Virus record (IMG/VR): IMGVR_UViG_3300029288_000067
Span: 96,001-160,000 of that record
Direction: 5' to 3' (one strand)
Length of the DNA stretch: 64,000 bases
From: a virus
Taxonomy: Duplodnaviria; Caudoviricetes
In this document: positions 27,584-37,907 of the stretch, in pieces
Layout: every line of letters begins with the position of its first letter
How positions within the stretch are numbered: position 1 is the first letter of the stretch
Translations under genes and position numbers: made by a program
The notes under the pieces: model-generated
The model's input: the letters and a program-made list of their open reading frames with translations, nothing else
Database searches by the model: none
Told to the model about the DNA's origin: nothing

Positions 27584-29347
27584 TTATTCCTTTCTCCAAA
27601 CAAAAACATGGTTTCCACAATCTAACACTTTTCGATATCCGTTTGCAAACATATTTTCAGATTCTGAAAGCAGAGGATCAAATTTTTCCAACAAATCATG
27701 GAGTTTGTGTTTTTGGAATTTCATGCGGTTTTCAAAAATGGATCCTTCTTTTGTATACCAATAGTTGGGGGGAGATCGATGCAAATGCTTAAACCCTAAA
27801 GTATGATAAATAGTTTTTTCAGGGGTCCACGAGGAAAATCTCAAATCAGCATATGAAATAATAGAAGACGGATTGAAGGTTTTGAGAAAATATGAGAACA
27901 ATTTTTGCGCGGCCCCATTCACCACGGCATCTTTTAAAGAACAGAAGCGAAGTAGCTCATACTGATACTCTTTATTAAATCGTGGGCTTCCAAAAGTCAT
28001 CAGAGATACTATATCCGCCTGTTCATTTATCAATGCAATGCTAATCGTGGAAGGGGTGTGTCCTTGCCTATGATTATTATTTAAGAATTCTACAATTTTA
28101 CCCGAAGGAGGTAAAGAACATACGGACATTTCCCGTGCATTCATTTTTTTGTTAAGGAGTCCAAATCTTTGTTTGATCATACTGGTAATGATGCCCTTAT
28201 TTGAAAAAACATCATTAATGAAAACAGGGACATAGTGGATGCCTTTTTCGGACATATCCCGTTTCTTGTCCAAAAGTAATAAATTACTGTAATCTGAAAT
28301 TAATTCAATATAAACTCCTTGAGGAATCACTAAGTCTTTCCCAGACTTCTCTTTGTAAAAAGATAGGAATTGTTGAGAAGTGTCCTCCTTTCTTTTCCCG
28401 TAGATATCGTGAAATTCCTTATGAAGAGATCGTAAAATAACAATCCCATTCGTGAAAGAAAATCTTTCTTCTGGATGCGTGGACCACGGAAGAATATGAT
28501 GAACGGAAAGCTCTCTCGAATTCTCCCCTGTTATCTGACATTTCCAATCATACACTCGCAGCATCATTTCTTCCCAAAGGGGTAACACAGACCCTCGACC
28601 ATATTCTGATTTTCTTCGATCTTCCTCGGAAAGAGTTGAATCATAACACCCATGAGTTTCTCCCCGAGGACGATCTTTATTTTGACACTCTTTACATTTT
28701 GGTTTTGATTTATTTGCGTGAAATCCCCCCCAATTATACTCATAATGATTTCCACATTTACAGATAAAGGGGAGCCTCTGCCGATTTGTTAGGGGGTCTG
28801 AAAACAATGGTTGCGCCCCATTTTCCACAAACCACGGGATAATTGTTTTCTCCATATAAATGGCTGTAGAATCTGATTTTCCTTCTTTTACTGCACAAGA
28901 TTGACACCGTATCAAGTAACCGGCATCTTTATTGATTCTTGTGATAAGAGTATCTAAAATTGTCCAATCATCTTTTCCACAAACACAGGTATATTGAAGC
29001 CTTACTTTTTTTCTAAATACCATAGGAGAATTATTTTTTAATTCCTCATTCAAAATAGGTTCCGAATGAGTGAAAGTTGCCCCATGCTTTGAGAATAAAT
29101 CCTTTAAGTATTCGAAATTAAATTTCGACCCTCTTCCAGAATCATTACAGGGTGTGCAAAACATTTGATAGTTGGGATCAGCTTTCAACCTTCTCCCGAT
29201 AGTGGAAAAAATTAATTCAAAAACCTCCCCACAAGAACATTTCACCAAATGCTTTTGCGCCGAACCTTTATAAGTATCAAACATGGGAAACAGACCTACT
29301 TTAAGTATGATCTGTTTTGCTTCTTCTGTGTTAATAGCTTTAGGCAT
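27584..29347 (-). CDS. free-standing homing-endonuclease-like protein (zinc ribbons, HNH, Hef-like C-terminal domain)
   Basis: Three CxCG...CxxC repeats; CQITG..VHH..NG..HxxFH; NHRQG, ELLRFC, SYADLR, PNYWY, DCG; start re-called to ATG 29347. Confidence 0.8.
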   Translation of the reverse strand: MPKAINTEEAKQIILKVGLFPMFDTYKGSAQKHLVKCSCGEVFELIFSTIGRRLKADPNYQMFCTPCNDSGRGSKFNFEYLKDLFSKHGATFTHSEPILNEELKNNSPMVFRKKVRLQYTCVCGKDDWTILDTLITRINKDAGYLIRCQSCAVKEGKSDSTAIYMEKTIIPWFVENGAQPLFSDPLTNRQRLPFICKCGNHYEYNWGGFHANKSKPKCKECQNKDRPRGETHGCYDSTLSEEDRRKSEYGRGSVLPLWEEMMLRVYDWKCQITGENSRELSVHHILPWSTHPEERFSFTNGIVILRSLHKEFHDIYGKRKEDTSQQFLSFYKEKSGKDLVIPQGVYIELISDYSNLLLLDKKRDMSEKGIHYVPVFINDVFSNKGIITSMIKQRFGLLNKKMNAREMSVCSLPPSGKIVEFLNNNHRQGHTPSTISIALINEQADIVSLMTFGSPRFNKEYQYELLRFCSLKDAVVNGAAQKLFSYFLKTFNPSSIISYADLRFSSWTPEKTIYHTLGFKHLHRSPPNYWYTKEGSIFENRMKFQKHKLHDLLEKFDPLLSESENMFANGYRKVLDCGNHVFVWRKE

Positions 29348-29399
29348 TTTTATATTCTCCTTTATGAACAGTATATCCAAAGGTTTGAAAAAATGCAAG

Positions 29400-29432
29400 A
29401 AAAAGCCCCCGAGATTTCTCCCGGGGGCTTTT
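29400..29432 (-). terminator. intrinsic terminator after the major capsid gene
   Basis: aaaagccccc(g)...(c)gggggctttt stem with a T-run. Confidence 0.8.
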
Positions 29433-29444
29433 AAGCTACGTTAC

Positions 29445-30308
29445 TTAGCTTACAACGACCTGTTGAATACCATAGCTGTTGTGAACAGTCATCCCAATAT
29501 TTTCGAAAATTGACCATCCAAACATTCGGTCTCCCGGTACATCAGCGGGAATGACAGTGAGATCAATTCGAACAGGCATTACACCAAGATATTCGGGTTC
29601 AGCAACAAAGAACAAGGTTCCGCGAGGAACTTGCATAGACATGTAGATGCCAGCCCCGTAAACTTGTCCCATGAAACCGGTGCGGAGCAATTCTCGTTGA
29701 GTTTCGAAATCAACATAATCACGTCCAGCATTGCGGAATACTTTGAATTCTTGAGGATTCATGAACACTTTGTCAACACGGAGGCCCCATTTTTCGATAC
29801 CCGCGAAGGCATCAACAATGGTGGACATGTTGAAATCAGCAGCGGCAACCGCGATGGAAGGATTGTCAATGTTGGAGGTACCAGCGACTTTCAACATTTC
29901 GAAGATGATGGTATCTTCTTTGCGGAAGAGTTCATCCTTCGCTTTCTGCTTGATTCTGCGGATAACATCAAATCTGCGTTCTTTTACGTGTGCGAACGGG
30001 ATTTTTGGGTAAGCTGCCAATTCGAACAAAGGAACCATAATTCTTGGTCCTTCGGTTGGCAATGCTTGAATCGTGTCACCTTCGTCTCCTACCACATAGG
30101 CAGGAGTAGCAACGTCACGATCATAAATAGGAAGTGCGCCATCAGGAAGTTCATCGATCCAGAGGGCTTTGCGACCGATAGAAACATAGTCCCGGAGCTT
30201 TCGCAACGGTTCCTGAATAGAAGCAGCAATCTTCTTGCGACCTTGAGTTGAGCCAAGAAGCTTGGTCATCAACTGATTCTTTTGAGCGGCTGTAATGGTT
30301 CGTGGCAT
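29445..30308 (-). CDS. major capsid protein (compact HK97 fold)
   Basis: Follows protease-scaffold-decoration genes; strong RBS and terminator; LPDGALPIYD, EDxxxF, MNPxxF, G.xYGA, GWxxFE pattern. Confidence 0.85.
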   Translation of the reverse strand: MPRTITAAQKNQLMTKLLGSTQGRKKIAASIQEPLRKLRDYVSIGRKALWIDELPDGALPIYDRDVATPAYVVGDEGDTIQALPTEGPRIMVPLFELAAYPKIPFAHVKERRFDVIRRIKQKAKDELFRKEDTIIFEMLKVAGTSNIDNPSIAVAAADFNMSTIVDAFAGIEKWGLRVDKVFMNPQEFKVFRNAGRDYVDFETQRELLRTGFMGQVYGAGIYMSMQVPRGTLFFVAEPEYLGVMPVRIDLTVIPADVPGDRMFGWSIFENIGMTVHNSYGIQQVVVS

Positions 30309-30343
30309 ATAATTTCTTTTCTCCTTGAAGTTTATAAACTTAC

Positions 30344-30859
30344 TTAGTCAAGATTAAGTCCGGTAGCAATCTTGAGCATCATTACGCCAGGAGCAATGCT
30401 CAAAGAACCAGATTCAACACCTGAGCCAGCAGCAGCAGCACCCAATGAGATACCAATAGCTTTGGCACCTACAGGAGCAACATTTGTTACCAAACCAACA
30501 TTTGCGCCGGTATCAACATACAATTTCTGTCCTGCAGTGTAGGTCTTGGTAGCATCGAATTCAGTGGTGCTAATAACACATGGGGAGAAGGTTACAGGGC
30601 TGATCTTGGAAGCAATAGCCGGTTTGTTCATCATGAAATAGCCTGCAGCATCATTCACGATAAAACCGATTGGGGCCTTTGCAGAAGCTGCAAGACCATC
30701 GGCAAGAACAACTTTACCATTAGCATCAAGAGCGGCTACACGACCAGCCTTTAAGCCTTGAACATAGGTAAGCTGAGAATCATGATCCAAATCACCATTG
30801 AAGTCAGTGGTGTCGAGATCCAAATTGATATGAATTCCCTTGTGATGAATCAAAAGCAT
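30344..30859 (-). CDS. putative capsid decoration/cement protein
   Basis: G/A-rich beta protein (YTAGQKLY..GLVT) immediately upstream of the capsid gene. Confidence 0.7.
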   Translation of the reverse strand: MLLIHHKGIHINLDLDTTDFNGDLDHDSQLTYVQGLKAGRVAALDANGKVVLADGLAASAKAPIGFIVNDAAGYFMMNKPAIASKISPVTFSPCVISTTEFDATKTYTAGQKLYVDTGANVGLVTNVAPVGAKAIGISLGAAAAGSGVESGSLSIAPGVMMLKIATGLNLD

Positions 30860-30893
30860 TTGTTATTCTCCTAAAGAATTTTAAATTTCGAGA

Positions 30894-31991
30894 TTAGAAC
30901 ATGCTGTCAGAAATCAAATTGGAAAGAACATCTTCTTCTGTTGCCGGGGTGTTTCCGGAAGATTTCTTTGCTGTAGCCAATTTCTTATCTCTCAAAGTAG
31001 CAGTAGAAGCTTTAACAACTTCATCTTCGAGGGTTTCAGAATCACCTTCAGAAAGAATTTCCAAGTTAACGGCATCATCAATCATGCTGTCTTCCATTTC
31101 CAGATTTTCAGGATCAGAAGGAGATTTGGTATAATCGTCAACCAATTCTTCCAATGATTCTTCAGTCATTTCTGGATTTTCTTTTGGCATATCAGGATTG
31201 TCTTCCGCCACTACTTCATCATCAGCTTTTTTATCGTCTGATTTTTTTTTTGCATTCTTATTCGTAGGGGCTTTTTCATACTGGTCTTGAAGTTTGAGAA
31301 CATCTTTTGGCTCATCTGCTTTTGGATTTTCTTTTGGAAGATTTGGGTTTACTTCATCCGCAGGAGCTTTCTTTTCTTTTGCAGCAGCAGGCTTTGCAGC
31401 AACAGTTTTAGCAGTTTTAGAAGCTTCAATTTCTTCACCCATTTCAGGAGCTTCTTCTTCTGCAGGAACTTCCCCACTCAATTCTTGAACCAAAAGATCC
31501 AAATCGGTATGGATATCTTGCTGCAATTCTTCGGGGGTTTTTTCTTCCTCAGAAACTTCTTCGTCCAACATTTCATCCCCAGCATCTTCCATTGGGGTTT
31601 CTTCAACAAGCTGTCCAGATTCATCCATTTGGATATCATCGTCGGCAGCAATAGAAGCAATTGCCTGTGCCTTCAAAATGGCAATCTTGGAAAGAAGGGT
31701 ATGAGCATCTTCCACATGAGCCACAATACGAGTAGTAGGCAATTCAGTAGCAATAGCAACACGAAGATTTACAAAACTCTGCTTGGTTTGTTTTGCAATA
31801 TGATTTGCAACTGTTTCCAAGTTGGCGCAGACTTTCTTTACTTCTTCTGTAGAAAATTTGGTTGCGGGATTGTCAAAAGCCTTGTAAATCTTGTTGGCAA
31901 GACCTTCGGCTCTTTCCAAAAGAGCAGCAAACTTCTTCTGAGAAGCAGAGATTGCCTTCACCTTTTGAACCTTACTTAAAACTTTTCGCAT
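30894..31991 (-). CDS. putative capsid scaffolding protein
   Basis: Acidic low-complexity E/D/K/A composition; lies between protease and decoration genes. Confidence 0.7.
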   Translation of the reverse strand: MRKVLSKVQKVKAISASQKKFAALLERAEGLANKIYKAFDNPATKFSTEEVKKVCANLETVANHIAKQTKQSFVNLRVAIATELPTTRIVAHVEDAHTLLSKIAILKAQAIASIAADDDIQMDESGQLVEETPMEDAGDEMLDEEVSEEEKTPEELQQDIHTDLDLLVQELSGEVPAEEEAPEMGEEIEASKTAKTVAAKPAAAKEKKAPADEVNPNLPKENPKADEPKDVLKLQDQYEKAPTNKNAKKKSDDKKADDEVVAEDNPDMPKENPEMTEESLEELVDDYTKSPSDPENLEMEDSMIDDAVNLEILSEGDSETLEDEVVKASTATLRDKKLATAKKSSGNTPATEEDVLSNLISDSMF

Positions 31992-32054
31992 ATTTTCTCC
32001 TTTTCGAGAATCTAAGAATTAATTGGGATATGTCGAAAGTAACAGACAATTCTA

Positions 32055-32264
32055 TTACTTTGTTTCCTTTTTAGCGGGCTCGTAGTTGTTTTTGTACCAT
32101 TTATGAAAATCTGAGATTGCATCCCCGAGAGGCCCAAGACCCAACAAACCCAGCCCCATAGAAATGTTGTCCTGAAATTTTTTATTCTTTAATCTCTCTT
32201 TCATCTTCTCATCAGAAATGGGATCTTCTTTTTTGGATGGGGCAAGAGCCGAAAGGTAATTCAT
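32055..32264 (-). CDS. hypothetical protein
   Basis: Starts immediately after the protease stop. Confidence 0.55.
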   Translation of the reverse strand: MNYLSALAPSKKEDPISDEKMKERLKNKKFQDNISMGLGLLGLGPLGDAISDFHKWYKNNYEPAKKETK

Positions 32265-33032
32265 TTATTTGCCCTTCAAATATTTTTGGACTGCTGGTTT
32301 TTGGAAATATTCTTCAGGGATAGAAAACCCAACAGATACTCCAGATTCAATTCTCAATACACTTCTTTTTACGGCTCCGTGGAATGCGGGGACCTCTGTT
32401 AAATAAGAGGCTTCAACATATTCCACAGTTCTTGGTTTTTCGGTTCCCAAGATCTCAGCAATAATTCTTCTATTTCCATGTTCATCTACATAGTGTTTGT
32501 TTTTATCATTTGCTAAACAATCACAGAGTTCATGATCCTCACTGAACTGATTTCCACATTTGGAACAAGTGGAGATATATGCGTCACAGCCCATTGATAG
32601 GTATTTGACTTGATCTTTTAAGATCATATCAACCATCTTTTTGTTGTCTCGGTGTGTGGCTATTAAAATGTCCACATAATGAATAGGAATATCTGGATGT
32701 TCTTTTTCGGGGATTAATCTACGAAGCACCGCATCTGCAATAAAACCAATTGCTTTGTTGGGGACTTGCACATGATTGACATAGTTGTAGGCCCCAATAA
32801 AGGATTTATAATTGGCCTTTATAGATTCATTGCTGAAACAATCCCCATTGTTGTTGACAAATTTCTGGGTTATAGGGTGGATATAATGTGTTCCCGGCTC
32901 AATATGTACGGAAGAAACAATTGAAGCTTGGGAAAAAATATAATCATCTGAGGAAAGTTCAACTTCTACCTCATTTTTTTTACGAGAGGGTTTTACTGAT
33001 GTTTTGCTTGCGGCAGTAAATTGAAATGCCAT
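32265..33032 (-). CDS. putative prohead maturation protease
   Basis: NxNGDxF, NH, GxIxDA, LSMGC..CSKCG, ExSxxxxPA. Confidence 0.7.
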   Translation of the reverse strand: MAFQFTAASKTSVKPSRKKNEVEVELSSDDYIFSQASIVSSVHIEPGTHYIHPITQKFVNNNGDCFSNESIKANYKSFIGAYNYVNHVQVPNKAIGFIADAVLRRLIPEKEHPDIPIHYVDILIATHRDNKKMVDMILKDQVKYLSMGCDAYISTCSKCGNQFSEDHELCDCLANDKNKHYVDEHGNRRIIAEILGTEKPRTVEYVEASYLTEVPAFHGAVKRSVLRIESGVSVGFSIPEEYFQKPAVQKYLKGK

Positions 33033-33062
33033 GAGATATCCTTCCTATTTTCCATTGCGGCT

Positions 33063-33101
33063 AAAACAAAATAACCTTATCCGAAAAAGGATAAGGTTAT
33101 T
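33063..33101 (-). terminator. intrinsic terminator ending the cargo-gene array
   Basis: aataaccttatcc/ggataaggttatt stem with a T-rich run. Confidence 0.7.
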
Positions 33102-33128
33102 ATCAATCTACGAGGAAAGGATTTATTT

Positions 33129-33515
33129 CTACAGGACGATCTCTTTATCCTCTCCGTCTTGGATGAAATTATCTTTATAGATATCCAATAAATCTGAATC
33201 CGACAAAACATGATTCAATTCTTGGGGATCCTCAAAATAAGTCTTCAGCCATTCTTGATAATCAGCTTCGGTTACATATTTTACCAATCGAGCAGCATTC
33301 TTTTTCAAATTAGAAAGATGAATAGGGAGCATGTAGGCATCTGTTGGATCGATTGCCGCATAATGCCACCCGGAACCATTTGAACCTCTCCAATTCTTAT
33401 CCCCGAGGATTGGGCGGGGGGCTTCGAATATCAACCAGTTCGCGGGAACATCCCCGGGGCGAGTATCAAAGGTTCGGTAGGATTTGAAGGTGTGTTCAAT
33501 TGCAAGTTTTCTCAT
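33129..33515 (-). CDS. hypothetical protein
   Basis: Last ORF of the array; no clear motif copy. Confidence 0.7.
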   Translation of the reverse strand: MRKLAIEHTFKSYRTFDTRPGDVPANWLIFEAPRPILGDKNWRGSNGSGWHYAAIDPTDAYMLPIHLSNLKKNAARLVKYVTEADYQEWLKTYFEDPQELNHVLSDSDLLDIYKDNFIQDGEDKEIVL

Positions 33516-33518
33516 TGT

Positions 33519-34019
33519 TCAATACCTTATATCGGGGTTATTGAGATTGAATCTTTCCGAGAGGGGGATTTCTACACCCCTATTGAAAGTAACTACATCT
33601 GCCAATTTTATTTGAGAGGGAAATTGATTTGTGAATGTGATATAGTTTGTGCAAAGTTGTTCTGATACCCCCGCAGGAGTATCCAGAATATTCTTTAAAA
33701 TAACACCATCTTTCCCTTCTTTTTTTGCCTCAACTAATGCAGGGGGTTGAATAATTGTCCAGTGTTCCCCTTTTGCATCCACTATTAAAGGGTTTTTAAA
33801 ACAAAGAAAGACCTCAATAATTCGTTTACCGTATCCTTTTGCTACCTGAAGATTGTCCGAAAAATAACTTGTGCCGGACTCTGCCTCAAATCGATAATTC
33901 CACATTCCTTTAAAAATGTTAAAAGAAGCCGCATTTGTCCCATGATAAACCGGCCCAATGTTGTAGCCCCTTTGTGCGGCAACTTGGGAAATATTCAACT
34001 GAGAGTATTTCTTGATCAT
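33519..34019 (-). CDS. MIxKYSxL-motif protein, ADP-ribosyltransferase-like (ART-PolyVal type)
   Basis: MIKKYSQL; VYHGT..F..F, YFS....AxxY, VFL..KNPL, DGVI, QIK, IPLSERF..DIRY. Confidence 0.75.
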   Translation of the reverse strand: MIKKYSQLNISQVAAQRGYNIGPVYHGTNAASFNIFKGMWNYRFEAESGTSYFSDNLQVAKGYGKRIIEVFLCFKNPLIVDAKGEHWTIIQPPALVEAKKEGKDGVILKNILDTPAGVSEQLCTNYITFTNQFPSQIKLADVVTFNRGVEIPLSERFNLNNPDIRY

Positions 34020-34390
34020 TCCGCTGCCCACTTGTCCCAATCCGGGGAGATATTTTGATACACGCTTTCGGTAAATCCTCGGTCTTTCGGTTTGTAATCG
34101 TACATCTTATCACAAACAACATGACCCGAAGGCATCACTTCTCCATTGTGGGTAATAAACCGGGTAACTCTCCACTTTGTTTTATCCGTTGGTTCTTTTG
34201 AAACAATATAGAAAGTTCCAGGATCTGCTGTTGGAACTTTTCCCCCTTTCGGGAGAAGTTTTTTCAACATCAACCGAACTTGTGCTTGTTTCACCTCTTT
34301 GTATTTCTCCCGGAACTCCTCGAAAGACGAAGTATCCCGTTCTTTCGGGAATGTATAAATGCTTGCAAGTTGGGAATATTTCTTGATCAT
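34016..34390 (-). CDS. MIxKYSxL-motif protein, paralog of 39839-40210
   Basis: MIKKYSQL; KKLLPKGGK..FYIVSKEP..TKWR..PSGH. Confidence 0.75.
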   Translation of the reverse strand: MIKKYSQLASIYTFPKERDTSSFEEFREKYKEVKQAQVRLMLKKLLPKGGKVPTADPGTFYIVSKEPTDKTKWRVTRFITHNGEVMPSGHVVCDKMYDYKPKDRGFTESVYQNISPDWDKWAAE

Positions 34391-35721
34391 TTTTCCCACT
34401 CGTGCCCAATTAACTCTGGAAGGTACCCCTCTTTTTTCAATCTATTCGAGTATTCTTCCCAAATTTCCGGGTCTTTTTTCAAAATTTTTTCTGCGGGAAT
34501 CCATTGTCCCCTTTTTGCCGTTTGTACATATTTCCACATTGCCGTAGGATCATTGTGACAATGATACAGCATTATATCATCCCATCTTTTCTGAATACTC
34601 TTGGGATGATCTGGGTCCTCTTCCTCCCCCTCTGTATAGATTTCAGAGTTTTCTTTTATTTTATCCTTTATCACAGTGTTGTAATATGCAATAGCATCTT
34701 TTGCAACCTCATCAGATCTACTTGCATTCTCCAATTGTTCCTCAAAATCTCTGCTCTCCTGTCCCGGGTATACTTTCAAAAAATAGTCCAACCAAGAGGA
34801 AATATTTTGCAAAACAAGCCCTTCTCGAAGAGAGCTTTGCTTAATTTTGTACTTTGTTGCCAGCCAAAAAAGACTATCAGGAATATCATCATATTGATAT
34901 CGTCTCAAGTACATATTGATAATTCTTTCAGCGTCATCTTCGGACACAGCATTAATATTATCTAAATATCCTTCAGATCTCAACTCCATTAACAAAAGAG
35001 CTGCGTTATTATTCATCGAAGAAAACATTTCGTGAATAAGTTCTTGTTCGGAATAAGACAAATCTTCCCAAGGCACATGCACATCTCGAACATCCATAAA
35101 TTGTTCTAAATCATCTGTAAATTGGTATTTAACCTTAATATTGGCATTTTCATCCGAGGATTCTTTTTCCCACAATTGAAATACACTTTTGGTTTCAGAT
35201 GAACGAATATAACTCTCTGCCATACTACGACTACCATAATCTTCCCGAGTACACCAATTTGTCCCCCGCCCTAAAAGTTCCAAACTTGTTTTGTCGGAAA
35301 TAGAGGCAACAACGTATTCATCATTTTGTTCAATTGTGACCCCGGGGAATCGATTCAAATCAGAAACTTTGAATCCAATTTGTGGGGAATAATCTGACAT
35401 CACAAGATAGTGTAATTCCCCCTCAAGGTCAGAAATTTTAGGATATTGGTTAATATCTCGGTGTTTCAATTTTTTCTTATTAGAGAAAACAACAAAATTC
35501 TTCAAAACAGTTTGTACTCGGGGCTCATCTTCCGGCAGACGAATATTTTTAAAAGACATCTGCTTTATTATCCAAGCTTCAAACTTATGCTCCGGAGTGG
35601 GATCTGCTTCATTTGCCAAATAAACAACTTCTTCCGGAGTAATTTCAAGCTTAGTTGCAGCGGTATCAATCTGTTGCTTTGTTGCCCCAGCAATTTTTAA
35701 GTTCGAGTACTTTTTAATCAT
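34387..35721 (-). CDS. MIxKYSxL-motif protein with GTxWCT (PcfJ-like) domain
   Basis: MIKKYSNL; DPT..KFEAW, IRLPED, RDINQY, GTNWCT, QFMD. Confidence 0.75.
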   Translation of the reverse strand: MIKKYSNLKIAGATKQQIDTAATKLEITPEEVVYLANEADPTPEHKFEAWIIKQMSFKNIRLPEDEPRVQTVLKNFVVFSNKKKLKHRDINQYPKISDLEGELHYLVMSDYSPQIGFKVSDLNRFPGVTIEQNDEYVVASISDKTSLELLGRGTNWCTREDYGSRSMAESYIRSSETKSVFQLWEKESSDENANIKVKYQFTDDLEQFMDVRDVHVPWEDLSYSEQELIHEMFSSMNNNAALLLMELRSEGYLDNINAVSEDDAERIINMYLRRYQYDDIPDSLFWLATKYKIKQSSLREGLVLQNISSWLDYFLKVYPGQESRDFEEQLENASRSDEVAKDAIAYYNTVIKDKIKENSEIYTEGEEEDPDHPKSIQKRWDDIMLYHCHNDPTAMWKYVQTAKRGQWIPAEKILKKDPEIWEEYSNRLKKEGYLPELIGHEWEK

Positions 35722-35724
35722 TTC

Positions 35725-36780
35725 TTAATACCTAAAATCTTTTGTTCCAAGATTAAATCTTTTTGAAATTGGAATGATATTCTTCTCATTGTCATATGTA
35801 ACCAATTCCGAAGATTTTATTATGTTGTTAAAAAGAGTTGCGTATGTAGTTTGGCCTTTTTCGGTCATTTTAATGATTTTAAATCCAGCTTTTTTAAATG
35901 CTTCCAAAAGATTTTCATCCATTTCCAAACTTCCCCAAGTGTCAAAAGAAGATTGAACAGGATATCGAGAAGTTCTGTAAATAGATGGTTCCGTGTATCT
36001 ATCATTCACAAAAAGCATGTATTTCTTCCTAAACCAATTGGAGGAAGAGTTTCCATTTCTTTTCTCTCTTTCTAATTTTTTCAAGTCCTCTATCACAGTT
36101 TGTTTTGTGTATCCCTTTTCTTTGAATTCTTTTTCCACCCGCTCCACATAAAAAGACGGCATACTCCGATTGTTTGGGAAGATAGAAACAATTGTTCCTC
36201 TTCGGGCATACAAAACATAATTGTTTTCAAACCCTATTAATTCATAAGACAATGGTTTACTGCCCACTTCATTATCGGGAAGAGGATCTCCTGGTTTCTT
36301 TCCTTTTAAATCCTCTTCTGAAAATTTAGGGGATTCAATCTCAATTCCTGAAATCTCTTCCAACCATTCTTCTTTTGTTATATCTTGCCCACCCCAAGTT
36401 CCCCCAGAATAAATTTTTTCTGGAAGATAAGGGAATACTTTTCCGATGTCCTCTTTTGAAGAAGGATCAAATATCTTCCCGTACAAATAGAAGGACTTTA
36501 CTCGAATATCGGCATCCATTTGCATTTCGAAAGATTTTTGCTCGGCATAGCTTCTTGCAAATTTCTCAGAAGGGGAAAAGAATTGAAGATTTCCTTTGAA
36601 AGTGTGGTTCTGAAAATTAAACACAGTTCCATGATAAACAATGTCTTTGTTGAACCCTTTACTCATTGCCTGCTGTTTTACCATTGCAAATAAAGATCTG
36701 TTATCTTTTCTCTCAATTGCTGTCAAGAATTGTTCGTCTTGCGTAAAAGCATTATGTAATGTGGAGAATTTTTTAATCAT
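35725..36780 (-). CDS. MIxKYSxL-motif protein, ART-PolyVal-like with a large insertion
   Basis: MIKKFSTL; VYHGT, FFS....AxxYA, IIKS..VTYD..IIPISKRF..DFRY. Confidence 0.7.
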   Translation of the reverse strand: MIKKFSTLHNAFTQDEQFLTAIERKDNRSLFAMVKQQAMSKGFNKDIVYHGTVFNFQNHTFKGNLQFFSPSEKFARSYAEQKSFEMQMDADIRVKSFYLYGKIFDPSSKEDIGKVFPYLPEKIYSGGTWGGQDITKEEWLEEISGIEIESPKFSEEDLKGKKPGDPLPDNEVGSKPLSYELIGFENNYVLYARRGTIVSIFPNNRSMPSFYVERVEKEFKEKGYTKQTVIEDLKKLEREKRNGNSSSNWFRKKYMLFVNDRYTEPSIYRTSRYPVQSSFDTWGSLEMDENLLEAFKKAGFKIIKMTEKGQTTYATLFNNIIKSSELVTYDNEKNIIPISKRFNLGTKDFRY

Positions 36781-37907
36781 TGCCCCTTAACCTTGTTAAA
36801 AAATTCCCCCTCGTGATTGAATCCAAAGTCACTCCAAATATATGTAACCCCTAAACCAACTTTATCCATCACTTTTCTTAGAGCATCGTGTAATGGGTCT
36901 TCTCGATAAAACCTTGCATGTCTATATTCCTCTGCCGTGGCAAAGTTCTTTACCACAAAATCCGCCAATGGTTGAAGTTGTCGGGGAATTTTATTTGAGG
37001 ACATATCTTGTTTCAATTCTTTGTCTTGTTTTGCCGCATTTTGCATTGCATTCAAGAATACATAAAACTTCCCATTGCCTGTCTGTATTTTTCTTCCCTT
37101 AGAAGTAATATCAAAATAAACTTCTTTCCCTTTTGCCAAACCTTCCAACACAAAGATTTGTTTTTTCGAAGGGATTCCCGCTTTTATTGGAACTTGAATA
37201 CTCAATTCATTTGTAACAGAAACCACTCGGATATTCCCCGTTAAATCCAAAAACTCCTGCAAGGTTTCTTCATGAGATTCTTTTGCATCATCCCCAAGAG
37301 CATCCTGTGCAATTTGTCTATGATCAATATTTCGCCCACCATACGAAGAACCCCGCAATCGACCACTACTATCAATACAACTTCCTTGCGGGGTGATAAA
37401 TCCGATACTTGCTGGGTCCGATGTTAGGCCCCACATACGAATAGCGCGGCGATTTGCTTGTTCTCCTGTAAGGACTGCTACTTTTAGTTGAGAGTATTTT
37501 TTGATTGCCACAGTTTTATTTCCAGTCCATTTGAAGAAATCATCTACGCTGCCGTGGAAATACAATTCATCCCCACCTTCTAACTCGGCATAAAGCTCCC
37601 CGAAGAAATCTGGGTAAACTTTTTTCACCAAACCTTTAACGTGGTCCAAGTCAGATGAGAACATGACGTTGATAGTAGGGGGTATTGTATTCGTCCCATG
37701 AACACGGAGCCACCCTTTGTTCAACAAAAAATGCAGAGGGTCCCGCTCTTCTTTGTTGGAAAGTCTCAACTCCTTTACCAGTCTTGCGGCATAGGCATCA
37801 TGTGAATTTGTTGCAGAATTCTTCAAGGAATAGAACTTTCCCTGCGGGGAGATCCAACCGGAATCCATCGCGGAAATGCTATCCAAGGAAGAATATTTTT
37901 TAATCAT
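36777..37907 (-). CDS. MIxKYSxL-motif multidomain protein (two G[WF]I[ST]PxG...H domains)
   Basis: MIKKYSSL at ATG 37907; internal IKKYSQL at about 37505. Confidence 0.75.
   Translation of the reverse strand: MIKKYSSLDSISAMDSGWISPQGKFYSLKNSATNSHDAYAARLVKELRLSNKEERDPLHFLLNKGWLRVHGTNTIPPTINVMFSSDLDHVKGLVKKVYPDFFGELYAELEGGDELYFHGSVDDFFKWTGNKTVAIKKYSQLKVAVLTGEQANRRAIRMWGLTSDPASIGFITPQGSCIDSSGRLRGSSYGGRNIDHRQIAQDALGDDAKESHEETLQEFLDLTGNIRVVSVTNELSIQVPIKAGIPSKKQIFVLEGLAKGKEVYFDITSKGRKIQTGNGKFYVFLNAMQNAAKQDKELKQDMSSNKIPRQLQPLADFVVKNFATAEEYRHARFYREDPLHDALRKVMDKVGLGVTYIWSDFGFNHEGEFFNKVKGQ

Noticed and set aside
29445-30308. Encapsulin nanocompartment with cargo-loading peptides
   Set aside because: The compact HK97-type gene sits with protease, scaffold, decoration and tail genes, so it is best read as a phage capsid; the cargo-peptide parallel is only an analogy
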